NCBI GenBank assembly: GCA_041662725.1
Contig: JBAZRX010000001.1
Location: forward strand, 85-64,084
From: Minisyncoccota bacterium
GTDB lineage: Bacteria > Patescibacteriota > Minisyncoccia > Phycocordibacterales > PALSA-1337
Direction of reading: 5' to 3'
Length of the DNA: 64,000 nt
A program made the position numbers and the translations under genes. Shown here one piece after another: positions 18,557 to 27,818 of the stretch. The number at the start of each line of letters is the position of its first letter. The stretch's first letter is position 1. The notes beneath the pieces were generated by a model. That model was not told the origin of the DNA. It searched no databases and saw nothing but the letters and a program-made list of their open reading frames with translations.

Positions 18557-19267
18557 TCACTGCTTCCAGGCAGCCGACAAGCCGAGGCTGTTATCGTGGC
18601 TGTCATCCCAATAGCTGTCGACGTGTAGGCCCTCATCGAAGCGACCGACGCAGACGTAGCGACCGTCCGAGTCGCAACTGGACGTCCGAACATAAACACC
18701 CTCGAAGAGTCGGACCCCACGAACCTCGAAATAGGTCGTGATGAACCAGCTCATCTCAGCGACGTTCGGCACCTTCTCGAGCGCAGACAGAAGCTTGTTC
18801 TGCTCGCCCCAGGTTTTACTGGTTGAGTTCGAAACAGGCGTCTTCTTGATCAGGAGCCAGCCGAAGGACGTTTTGTCTTCGCGAGCGAACTTCTGGTCGG
18901 AATACCAACCACCCGTCTCCGAGTAGAAGTGGGCGGACTGGATCTCCCGAACATCGAGCGTGGACATCGCCGTGGGTGGCGCAGGCATGACGGCGTAACC
19001 GTTGTCCTTGCACCACTTGAGCACGTCTTCTGACGGCAGACTTTCGGCAAGCGCCATGATCTGTTCGACTGTGTAAACAATGCTCGGGCGAACTTTCGTG
19101 ATTTCCTCGGGTGTAATGAAATCCGCACCGAGGATTGACTGGGCCAGACTGTAATCGGGCGCTTTGGTTGAGAAGCGACGGAACGTTTCGGTAGCTCTCT
19201 GTCCTTTCGGACTGTCTGCGGTTACCAGTGCAGACGTGTTCAATGTTTTCATCGACATCATCTCCAT
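18557..19267 (-). CDS. Putative DGR target protein (CLec-like C-terminal variable region)
   Basis: GC-rich relative to flanks; C-terminus RTSS.DSDG..V.VG.FD.GL.V...WDD.....LGLSAA with NNY codons at the variable positions. Confidence 0.7.
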   Translation of the reverse strand: MEMMSMKTLNTSALVTADSPKGQRATETFRRFSTKAPDYSLAQSILGADFITPEEITKVRPSIVYTVEQIMALAESLPSEDVLKWCKDNGYAVMPAPPTAMSTLDVREIQSAHFYSETGGWYSDQKFAREDKTSFGWLLIKKTPVSNSTSKTWGEQNKLLSALEKVPNVAEMSWFITTYFEVRGVRLFEGVYVRTSSCDSDGRYVCVGRFDEGLHVDSYWDDSHDNSLGLSAAWKQ

Positions 19268-19566
19268 TTGCTGATTTACCGAGAACGCTCGGAACGTCTT
19301 ATCTCATTTAGTAAAATGACCTACTGGGTCAGTTTGAGACGAGCCCTTTATTGCCAAAATTAGGCTCAAAAAGTTTACCCGTCCATAGCTTTATAGCAAA
19401 GAAGGGCTCGTCTCAATCAGTAGATTAACTTGCTAAATCAACAATGATTTTCTATCAAAGAACTACCATAATAGTATACACCTATTATCAGTATCTGTCA
19501 ATACCATTATTTCATTGTCAATTAACTATGAATATGCTATAAATAACCCTTGTAACATATAAGCCA

Positions 19567-20076
19567 TTGGCAATACGAGTCAAAATAAATCATCAAATTA
19601 AGGCGCCGGAATTGCGCGTCGTTACAGCCGAAGGAGAGAATCTCGGTGTAATAAGTCTTTCTGTGGCTCTAGCAGAGGCACAAAAGCGGGGGCTTGATCT
19701 TATTGAGATCTCCCCTACAGCAATACCACCAGTAGCCAAGATAATGGATTTTGGCAAATATCAGTACGATGAAAAGAAAAAGAATAAGATTGCTAAGAGT
19801 AAAACTCAGATGAGTGAGCTCAAGGTAGTCCAGATCAAGATAGGCACAGGAGACCATGATTTAGAACTAAAAGCTAAAAATATCTCCAAATGGCTTACTG
19901 AGGGTAATCGTGTAAAAGTAGATTTATTTCTTATCGGACGTGCTAAGTACATGGAAATGAAATTCTTGAAAGAACGTATGGACCGCGTCCTAAAACTTAT
20001 TACTATTGAATACAAGATTAGCCAAGAAGTAGTAAAAGGTCCAAAAGGTTTGAGTATGGTTATTGAAAAAAAGTAA
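19567..20076 (+). CDS. infC: Translation initiation factor IF-3 (non-AUG start)
   Basis: INHQIKAPELRVV, GLDLIEISP.A.PPVAKIMDFGKYQY; followed by rpmI-rplT. Confidence 0.95.
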   Translation: MAIRVKINHQIKAPELRVVTAEGENLGVISLSVALAEAQKRGLDLIEISPTAIPPVAKIMDFGKYQYDEKKKNKIAKSKTQMSELKVVQIKIGTGDHDLELKAKNISKWLTEGNRVKVDLFLIGRAKYMEMKFLKERMDRVLKLITIEYKISQEVVKGPKGLSMVIEKK

Positions 20077-20079
20077 AAA

Positions 20080-20230
20080 CTCATAACTCAAAATGCAAAA
20101 CTTAAACACAATAATAGTGCAAAATTCAAAACTCAAAATGCAAAACTTAAACACAGAATTTAATATTAAAAGATCAAGCATTTCAAAAGATGCGATTAAA
20201 CTTTGCACTTTGAGTTTTGCATTTTAAATT
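20080..20230. repeat. 7-mer periodic inverted-repeat element (family C), copy 1
   Basis: CAAAATG/CAAAACT units, then reverse-complement units; near-identical to 32523-32627 apart from an internal duplication. Confidence 0.85.
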
Positions 20231-20237
20231 AACCACC

Positions 20238-20432
20238 ATGTCAATAAAAACAAATAAATCATTCTCAAAACGTTTCAAAGTTACCAGAAATGGCAAGATA
20301 ACTTCACGTAGACCTGGACAGAACCATTTCAACGCCAAAGAGCGTACAGGAACAAGTATGAGTAAGCGTCGAACTGTTAACGTGTTTATGGACAATAAAG
20401 CCAAAAGCAGATTTTTAGCAACTTCTAACTAA
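20238..20432 (+). CDS. rpmI: 50S ribosomal protein bL35
   Basis: KTNKSFSKRFKVTRNGK...HFNAK; position between infC and rplT. Confidence 0.92.
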   Translation: MSIKTNKSFSKRFKVTRNGKITSRRPGQNHFNAKERTGTSMSKRRTVNVFMDNKAKSRFLATSN

Positions 20433-20449
20433 CTTTTAATACTAATAAC

Positions 20450-20794
20450 ATGACCAGAGTCAAAAAAGCCGTAAATGCCCTAAAAAATCGTCGTTCAGTT
20501 CTCAAAGCCGCCAAAGGTTTTCGCTTCCGCCGTTCTACCAACGAGGCCGCCGCTAATGATGCTCTTGCACATGCTGGTGCCTATTCATTTGCACATCGTC
20601 GCGACAAAAAGGGCGATTTTCGCCGTCTTTGGAATGTAAAGATTAATGCCGCTCTTCGTCCTCTTGGTTTTTCTTACTCAAAGTTTATTGGGGCCGCAAA
20701 AAAGAAAGGAATCGCCCTAGACCGCAAAACTCTAGCAAATCTAGCAGAATTCCAGCCAGATACTTTCAAGAAAGTCGTTGAATCTGTAAAGTAG
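20450..20794 (+). CDS. rplT: 50S ribosomal protein bL20
   Basis: MTRVKK, AHRRDKKGDFRRLW..KINAA, YSKFI, LDRKTLANLA. Confidence 0.96.
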   Translation: MTRVKKAVNALKNRRSVLKAAKGFRFRRSTNEAAANDALAHAGAYSFAHRRDKKGDFRRLWNVKINAALRPLGFSYSKFIGAAKKKGIALDRKTLANLAEFQPDTFKKVVESVK

Positions 20795-20795
20795 T

Positions 20796-22178
20796 TTAAA
20801 TTTTATAAGTTACACCTCTTTCTGGCACTATAGCCTTTACTCCTAGTTCATCGTTAATTCTCTGTGCTAAATGCATAGAAACTCCTGGTTCCCCCATTAC
20901 AACAAACACTTGTTTCAATTTTTCTGTACCTGTAGAAACAAATTCTACTAAATGATCACTATCTTTGTGCGCAGAGTAACCATAAAGAGTTTCTATACAT
21001 GCTTTTACTTTTACAACCTCCTTATTAATATGTACTTTCTTGGCTCCATCAGCTAATTGGCGACCTAAGGAACCAACAGTTTGATAACCAACTAACAAAA
21101 TAGTGTTTTTTGGATCAGGTAAATAATGCTTCTCATGACTGATCACCCGACCACCAACCGACATCCCTGAGCCAGCTAAAATAATTTTAGCGCCTTTCAA
21201 ATGATCTATAACCCGCGATTCATCTTGGGACATAGTATATTCAAGTTGTGGAAATGCAAAGATATCGTCACCATGCCTTATTTGTTCCTTAACATAATCA
21301 TTGAATAAATCATTACCCTCTTTATAAATCTGTGTAGCTTTGATCGCCAAAGGAGAATCAACAAATACTGGGACTTTTGGAATTATTTTACGTTCAACCA
21401 TATTATTTAATTCATAAAGCAGAACTTGTGTACGGTCCATTGAGAATGCAGGAATAACGAGTGTACCACCACGAGCAATAGTATCCTTTATAACTTTTTC
21501 AAATTTATTTGTGCGTTCTTCTATATTTTCATGATTACGATCACCGTAAACACTTTCCATGATCAAATAATCTATATCCCCAACATCTTCAGTGTTTCTT
21601 AGTAAAGGTGCTGGTGAATTACCAAGATCGCCAGTGAATAGGACTTTTAGAGGCACAGCCTCTGTTTGACCTCTTGAAACAACCTCAACCATTGCTGAAC
21701 CTAATATATGTCCAGCATCTTTGAAAGTAATTGAGAGATCTTCAGATACTTTGAAAAGTTCGTGATATTTTATCGTCTTCCACAAAGGAAAAATTGCTTG
21801 AACATCTTCAATGTTATACAAAGGTTCTAACCCTTCTTGTACCGCCTCCATTTCTAAAATACGAACAGCGTCATCTAAAATAATTTCCGCCAAAGCTTTT
21901 GTTTCGGGTGTTGAATAAATAGGTCCTTTATAACCTTCTTTCACTAATTTTGGAATACGACCAATATGATCCAAATGAGCATGAGTAATGAAAAGTGCAT
22001 CAATAGAAGAAAGATCATAAGAAAATGCTACACGATTTTCCTCCATAACTACCCTATCGCCCTGCACAAGCCCACAATCAACAAGAACTTTCGTACCTGT
22101 TGGTGATTCAAAAAGAAAATTAGCACCTGTAACAGTACCGACCCCAGAATAAAATGTTACTTTAGAATTATTTTCCAT
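20796..22178 (-). CDS. MBL-fold beta-CASP RNA-metabolising metallohydrolase
   Basis: THAHLDHIG, AGHILGS, FTGDLGN, MESVYG, AGSGM..GGR, YSAHKD. Confidence 0.92.
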   Translation of the reverse strand: MENNSKVTFYSGVGTVTGANFLFESPTGTKVLVDCGLVQGDRVVMEENRVAFSYDLSSIDALFITHAHLDHIGRIPKLVKEGYKGPIYSTPETKALAEIILDDAVRILEMEAVQEGLEPLYNIEDVQAIFPLWKTIKYHELFKVSEDLSITFKDAGHILGSAMVEVVSRGQTEAVPLKVLFTGDLGNSPAPLLRNTEDVGDIDYLIMESVYGDRNHENIEERTNKFEKVIKDTIARGGTLVIPAFSMDRTQVLLYELNNMVERKIIPKVPVFVDSPLAIKATQIYKEGNDLFNDYVKEQIRHGDDIFAFPQLEYTMSQDESRVIDHLKGAKIILAGSGMSVGGRVISHEKHYLPDPKNTILLVGYQTVGSLGRQLADGAKKVHINKEVVKVKACIETLYGYSAHKDSDHLVEFVSTGTEKLKQVFVVMGEPGVSMHLAQRINDELGVKAIVPERGVTYKI

Positions 22179-22180
22179 AA

Positions 22181-22552
22181 TTAATTTTTATTTCTAACAA
22201 ACCAAATAGCTATTCCGCCACCAATAATATCATTTAAAAAGTCTTTGGCTGAATTGAAATAATATAATCTCGTCCCTGGTATATATCCGGAAATATTATA
22301 ATAAGCCTCAATAGTTTCCCAAATTATACCTATTACAAGCACTCCGATCATGATACTCAAGCTCTTAAATCTCAACCTCAACCCACTAGAATTAATCAAA
22401 GCGGATATAAATAGCCCTATACCAATACCTCCTAATACATGTAGTGGTATATCAATGAGGGGTATTGAAATGTACAAGCCATCTATAGCGAAAATCTGCC
22501 CTATTAGAACAATGCAGAGAATTATAAGCGACCAGATGTATGTTACCACCAA
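22181..22552 (-). CDS. Hypothetical membrane protein
   Basis: About four TM segments, D.PLH.LGG, WE..E, D..ND..GG motifs; start uncertain. Confidence 0.65.
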   Translation of the reverse strand: MVVTYIWSLIILCIVLIGQIFAIDGLYISIPLIDIPLHVLGGIGIGLFISALINSSGLRLRFKSLSIMIGVLVIGIIWETIEAYYNISGYIPGTRLYYFNSAKDFLNDIIGGGIAIWFVRNKN

Positions 22553-22871
22553 GCAATTATACGTGAGAAACCAGGAAAAAGAAAAAGCCTGCTTATAAAA
22601 AGTAGACTTTTTCTAATAGATCGCAAGAGTAGAATACCTGTTAGACAGATTGGCACCTAGCACCAAACGCCACAAAGGGTCGCAGATGAAATTGAACAGC
22701 TCTACCTGTTCGTCAGTTTCCAGCAAAAATTAATTTTGTAGGATTTTACTCTTGCAACCTGATTATATTTTATTCTTCCTACCAATAAGTACAAGTGTAT
22801 AAATAGTTCGAACACATTCTTTGACAAAGAATCAAGAACAGATTATTGAACAAATATTTTTATAATTCAAA

Positions 22872-23480
22872 CTATTCCAAGATCCCATCTAAATCGACGT
22901 CATATAACATCGCCTCAGCAATATGTCTGTAATCAAAGAGTTCTTCTTTTTTAAACCAATGTGCAATCTCATCAAGAGCTTCTTTAGGTGAACCTGAAGC
23001 GTGAACTAGATTACGTACGGCACGTCCATCAACATCACTCATACGATACGAATCAAGAACAAAATCACCACGAATGGTACCCATATCAGAAGTAAGAGGT
23101 TCAGTACCTCCTGTAATTTTGCGAACAATTTCAACAGCATGTGCTCCCTGCCATACCATAGCTATAACTGGCCCCTTGGTCATATAATTTACTAAATTCT
23201 TTAGAATAATAGCGGTAATCTTTAGCGGATCTGTAGAAGGTGGAGTTAAACCTTTATCTGTATAACCTTTAATAGTTTTCAAACCTGTTTTAATACGCCA
23301 TTCTGGATCTAAAGTATAGTGTTTTTCAATAAGTTCAGGAGTTGGTATTGTCATTTTAATTCCAACTAATTTAAGTCCTATCTTTTCGTATCTCTTGATT
23401 ATCTCTCCAATAAGAGACCTCTGAATACCATCTGGCTTAATAACAACTAGCGTACGCTCATATTTTGGGTGTTTTTTCAT
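22872..23480 (-). CDS. ndk: Nucleoside diphosphate kinase
   Basis: ERTLVVIKPDGIQR, GTIRGDF, NLVHASGS. Confidence 0.95.
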   Translation of the reverse strand: MKKHPKYERTLVVIKPDGIQRSLIGEIIKRYEKIGLKLVGIKMTIPTPELIEKHYTLDPEWRIKTGLKTIKGYTDKGLTPPSTDPLKITAIILKNLVNYMTKGPVIAMVWQGAHAVEIVRKITGGTEPLTSDMGTIRGDFVLDSYRMSDVDGRAVRNLVHASGSPKEALDEIAHWFKKEELFDYRHIAEAMLYDVDLDGILE

Positions 23481-23545
23481 AATTCGTTTATTATATGGGA
23501 AAAGTAAGGAATGAAGCAAGAGGAGAGTAGCCCTTAAGGGCTACT

Positions 23546-24313
23546 CTACATTGTCAAAACTTCTGCCCCACTCTTCGTAATCACAATGGTATGTTCAAAA
23601 TGTGCGCTTGGACTGCCATCTGCTGTTCTATACGTCCAACCATCTTTATCAAGTTTAATATTCTTTGTACCAATGTTAAACATCGGTTCAATAGCAATAA
23701 CCATTCCAGGTTTCAAAACTTCTCCTTTACCAGATTCACCGAAATTAGGAACATAGGGATCTTCGTGAACACTGTAACCAACACCATGACCAGCAAGTTC
23801 TTCAACTACTCCATATTTGAAAGGTAAAGCTGTTCTAGAAATAGCATTACCAATATCACCAATCCTCTTCCCTCCTTTAGCGGCTTTTATCCCGGCAAAA
23901 AGTGCCTTCTTTGTAACTTCTATTAATTGTTCTAACTCTAGAGAAATCTTACCAACTGGAACAGTTACTGCGGCGTCAGTAATAAGCCCTTTGTGTGTAA
24001 GACCAAGATCAAGAGAAACGATGTCACCTTCTTTAAGAATCTTATCGGTTTCATTAGGAATACCATGAACAATTTCATCATTTACGGAAACACACAAAGC
24101 CGCTGGGTAAGAACTCTTTGAACCAGCAGGTTTGTAATTAAGAAAAGCTCCTTTATCACCACCTTCAGCAATAAGTTCTAATGCGCGTTTTTCTAATTCA
24201 TAAGAATGAACACCTGGACGGATCATTGAAGATAATTCATTCAAAATAAAAGCGTGTCGTTTACCACCTTCACGGAGAATTTGTATATCTTCTTTTGTTT
24301 TTGTTGTGATCAT
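23546..24313 (-). CDS. map: Methionine aminopeptidase type I
   Basis: CVSVNDEIVHGIP, DLG...D, GHGVG...HEDP, AIEPM, SAHFEHT; followed by a perfect 24-bp palindrome AGAGTAGCCCTTAAGGGCTACTCT. Confidence 0.96.
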   Translation of the reverse strand: MITTKTKEDIQILREGGKRHAFILNELSSMIRPGVHSYELEKRALELIAEGGDKGAFLNYKPAGSKSSYPAALCVSVNDEIVHGIPNETDKILKEGDIVSLDLGLTHKGLITDAAVTVPVGKISLELEQLIEVTKKALFAGIKAAKGGKRIGDIGNAISRTALPFKYGVVEELAGHGVGYSVHEDPYVPNFGESGKGEVLKPGMVIAIEPMFNIGTKNIKLDKDGWTYRTADGSPSAHFEHTIVITKSGAEVLTM

Positions 24314-24320
24314 GTGAGAA

Positions 24321-24424
24321 TTAAACAATTGCACAATTTAATAATTAAACAATTGCACAATTTAACAATCCCACAATTGAATAGATACAAGTTGTTTTAA
24401 TTGTCATATTGTAGAATTGTTTAA
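24321..24424. repeat. 8-mer periodic inverted-repeat element (family A) between adk and map
   Basis: (ACAATTnn)n ... (nnAATTGT)n with TTAAACAATT/AATTGTTTAA ends; supplies the last adk codons. Confidence 0.8.
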
Positions 24425-25003
24425 TCTTTCCATAATATCCTTATGAATCTCTTCTACCGACCTTTCTCCAAATATCTTCAAAAAATTATATTTTGGATTA
24501 CCATCATAATAAGAGAGAGTTGGTACAACTTCAGTTTCATACCAAGATAAACGCTCTTTTATATCTTCTTCATTATCATCTATACGCTTTCTAGCTAATA
24601 AACGTTTCAATGCCTCTTCAGAACTAATTTCGATATTCACTAACCATGGTTTTGAAAGATTATAAAAATCAAAAATAGAATTTAGTACACCAGCCTCATG
24701 AAATCTTCTAGGAGTACCATCAAAAATAAGATGTTCATTACCTGTATATTTCTCTGAAAGAACCTTTATCCATAAATATACGGGTAGAAATTCAGGCTGA
24801 AGACCACCTTTATCGTATATCTCTTTTGACTTAATCTGTGTAAAAGTTGGACCATTAATAAATTCTCTTAATTCTTTACCTGTCTCTATATGCAAAATAT
24901 CTCTTGCTGGATCCTTTTCTTTTAAAGCTTTTATTAAAAGCTCCACCTGTGTACCTTTACCACAGCCAGAGCGACCTATAAATATAAATGATTGAGGAAT
25001 CAT
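24404..25003 (-). CDS. adk: Adenylate kinase (short-lid type)
   Basis: GRSGCGKGTQ, FDGTPR, R.DDNEEDIKERL; located after secY. Confidence 0.88.
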   Translation of the reverse strand: MIPQSFIFIGRSGCGKGTQVELLIKALKEKDPARDILHIETGKELREFINGPTFTQIKSKEIYDKGGLQPEFLPVYLWIKVLSEKYTGNEHLIFDGTPRRFHEAGVLNSIFDFYNLSKPWLVNIEISSEEALKRLLARKRIDDNEEDIKERLSWYETEVVPTLSYYDGNPKYNFLKIFGERSVEEIHKDIMERLNNSTI

Positions 25004-25080
25004 AAGCTTAAGTTTACAGTGCAAAAGATAAAATGCAAAGTTCTTTGAATTGAACTCTGCATTTCGCCTTTTGCACTATT

Positions 25081-26370
25081 TTAATACTCTCTCATTGCTA
25101 CCTGAGCATCTACTTTCTTTAACAAATCAAGAACTACAGAAACAACGATTAGAAGGGCTGTTCCACCAACAGCAACAGAACGATCATTGCCTGGAGAAAA
25201 AGCTTGGATAATAAGTGGAAGAATAGCGACAGCACCAAGGAAAAGCGCACCAACAAGCGTAATGCGAGTCACAATATTACCTATATGTTCCTGTGTATCC
25301 TCACCTGGTCGTACGCCCGGAATAAATGCTCCTGAACGTTGAAGATTTTCTGAGATCATCTTTGGATCAAAAGTTACAGCTGTATAGAAATATGTGAAAA
25401 GTACAACTAAAACAAAGTAGACGGCGCCATAGAACCATTGATTATTGAAGAGTGTCACTACATAAGAAGCCAAACTTGCGATAGTTGGGTAAGCGGCCCA
25501 CTTAGCTAAAGCTGATGCAATAATCTGAGGAAACATCAATATGGAAAGAGCGAAGATTATTGGAATAACGCCAGATTGATTAAGACGTAATGGTAAATAA
25601 GTTGATGAGCCACCGTATACTTTATTACCACGCACTTGTTTAGCATAAGTTACAGGCACAGAGCGTTCAGCTTCCGTAACATAGACTACACCAGCAACAG
25701 AAGCAATAGCGATGACTAACACTGCAAGGTAGAAAGGAAGATCTGATGCTCCAGCTGTAATAATTTTCTGATAATTTTGTACAATTGCCGTAGGTAAACT
25801 GGAAACGATACCAGCAAATATAATAAGTGAAACACCGTTGCCTATACCAAATTCTGATATAAGTTCACCGATCCACATAAGTAACATTGAACCAGCAGAT
25901 ACAACAATAACGTTAACAATGAAAGAGAATATATCCATTTGCGGTAATACATTCTGTGATTGCAAAAGAATAATGAAACCAATACCTTGAACAACAGCCA
26001 AAGGCGCACCGATAAGGCGAGAATACTGTGAAAGTTTCATGCGTCCAGCATCACCTTCTTCATGCATAAGAGCTTTCCATGAAGGAAACATCATGGTCAA
26101 TAACTGGATAATGATAGAAGCTGTGATAAAAGGACCAACACCAAGCATAACTATGGAAAGGTTTGAAAGACCTCCTCCAGAAAATATATTCAAAAACCCA
26201 AGAAGTTGACTAGAGGAGAGTAATTTTGCTAACGCTACAGGGTCAATTCCTGGAATAGGAATAGATGCTAATGCGCGAAATATTACAAGAGCAATAACAG
26301 CAAAACCAATCCTCTTTCTTAAGATTGGATCTCTGAAAGCTATCGTTACTTTTTCTATAAAATTTTGCAT
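25081..26370 (-). CDS. secY: Preprotein translocase SecY
   Basis: LGVGPFITASIIIQLL, GIGNGVSLIIFAGI, GVIPIIFA, FIPGVRPG, GGTALLIVV. Confidence 0.97.
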   Translation of the reverse strand: MQNFIEKVTIAFRDPILRKRIGFAVIALVIFRALASIPIPGIDPVALAKLLSSSQLLGFLNIFSGGGLSNLSIVMLGVGPFITASIIIQLLTMMFPSWKALMHEEGDAGRMKLSQYSRLIGAPLAVVQGIGFIILLQSQNVLPQMDIFSFIVNVIVVSAGSMLLMWIGELISEFGIGNGVSLIIFAGIVSSLPTAIVQNYQKIITAGASDLPFYLAVLVIAIASVAGVVYVTEAERSVPVTYAKQVRGNKVYGGSSTYLPLRLNQSGVIPIIFALSILMFPQIIASALAKWAAYPTIASLASYVVTLFNNQWFYGAVYFVLVVLFTYFYTAVTFDPKMISENLQRSGAFIPGVRPGEDTQEHIGNIVTRITLVGALFLGAVAILPLIIQAFSPGNDRSVAVGGTALLIVVSVVLDLLKKVDAQVAMREY

Positions 26371-26548
26371 GAGAATTATTTAATTTACTTCTTCTCTTAC
26401 TTCACAACCTTGTCAGATTTCGCAACTTTCTTAGGTTTTTCAGTCTTTACTGCAGAAACTTCTTTCTTTTCGGGCTTAGCAACTTTTTCCTTCTTTGGTG
26501 CCGCCTTCTTTTTAGCTGATTTAACAATCTGTACTTCAGTTTTTACTT

Positions 26549-27010
26549 TTACAATAACCCTAGAAGCCAATCCGTAATAGAACCACCAGCTTTTACAATC
26601 TTCTCGCGAGCAGAACCAGAAACAGCACAACCAGAGATCTTAAAAGCCTTCGTAACTTCACCGTCGCCCAAAATTTTAATATAAGGAATATGGCCTGATC
26701 CTGTAGAAACAACACCTTTTTCTATAAGAGTCGTAGGGGTTATCTCTGCATTAACAGAAAAAACTGTTTCAATATCTGAAAGATTAACTACTGTTGCTCT
26801 TTCCTGAAAAGATTTATTAGAATTTTTACCACGACCACGTAACTTTGGAACACGCTTGATAATATCGCGCCACTCTGGACGACGTTTATTACCAGAACGA
26901 GCAGATTGACCTTTACCTCCACGACCTGATGTTTTGCCACGCTTACCTCCACGAGCAACAATCATGCGCTTTGTGTTTGGATATTTTCTTTGTAGTTGAT
27001 TTGATTGCAT
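26549..27010 (-). CDS. rplO: 50S ribosomal protein uL15 (possible frameshifted Lys-rich tail to 26397)
   Basis: RGGKRGKTSGRGGKGQSARSG, VVNL, IKILGDG, SAREKIVKAGGSI. Confidence 0.93.
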   Translation of the reverse strand: MQSNQLQRKYPNTKRMIVARGGKRGKTSGRGGKGQSARSGNKRRPEWRDIIKRVPKLRGRGKNSNKSFQERATVVNLSDIETVFSVNAEITPTTLIEKGVVSTGSGHIPYIKILGDGEVTKAFKISGCAVSGSAREKIVKAGGSITDWLLGLL

Positions 27011-27030
27011 GGTATTTATTTATTCCACAA

Positions 27031-27810
27031 TTATTTTCTCTCAACTGGCTTCCTCCCACGTAAAGTAGCTCTTGTTTCCTTACTAAGATTCTTCAAAGCT
27101 TCAATAGCGGCCTTTGCATTATTCAAACGATTTTTACTACCTGACATGAATTTAGCACAGACATCTTTGATACCAGCCAATTCAATAACAGCACGAGCTG
27201 AGCTTCCAGCAACCACTCCACTTCCACGAGCTGGGAAAATCTTTATGACCGAACTACCGTACTTACCTTCAACAGCATGAGGAATGATCATTTGAGGAGA
27301 CATAACAACTTTAATAAGATTCTTTTTAGCTTCACGAGTCGCCTTCTCTACTGATAAAGCAGTATCTCCACCTTTACCTAAACCAACACCTACGCGTCCT
27401 TTATGATCTCCTGCAACAACAGCAACACTGAAAGTATATCTACGTCCTCCTGCCGCCACACGAGTCACACGACGAATATCAATAATCTTGGAATCAAACT
27501 CTGGCTTTACCCTCTCGCGTGGTTCACCACGACCACCTCTAGGACCACCACGGCTTTGACCTTGCCCCGCTCCACCATGTCCACCTCGTCTAGCTGGATC
27601 ACCTCTCATTTTGCGTCCAGGTGTAAACTTATTAGGAGTTGGAGTATTTGTTGCTACAGACGGAACAGTATCTATAACATCTATAGCAGAAGCTACTTCA
27701 GGAACCAATGCATTTGCATCAACACCAGAAGCAGGAATTTTCACATCTAAATCTACTGTTTCGTTAACAGCTTGTACTTCTTTATTTATTTTAATATCTT
27801 TGTCTTTCAT
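27031..27810 (-). CDS. rpsE: 30S ribosomal protein uS5 with long N-terminal extension
   Basis: IRRVTRVAAGGRR, GRVGVGLGK, GSGVVAG, ELAGIKD. Confidence 0.95.
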   Translation of the reverse strand: MKDKDIKINKEVQAVNETVDLDVKIPASGVDANALVPEVASAIDVIDTVPSVATNTPTPNKFTPGRKMRGDPARRGGHGGAGQGQSRGGPRGGRGEPRERVKPEFDSKIIDIRRVTRVAAGGRRYTFSVAVVAGDHKGRVGVGLGKGGDTALSVEKATREAKKNLIKVVMSPQMIIPHAVEGKYGSSVIKIFPARGSGVVAGSSARAVIELAGIKDVCAKFMSGSKNRLNNAKAAIEALKNLSKETRATLRGRKPVERK

Positions 27811-27818
27811 AATATTTA

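Noticed and set aside
18319-19128. Several overlapping alternative-frame ORFs
   Set aside because: A by-product of locally high GC in the putative DGR target gene
18557-19440. Complete DGR cassette
   Set aside because: No reverse transcriptase, Avd or template repeat found by eye in the window
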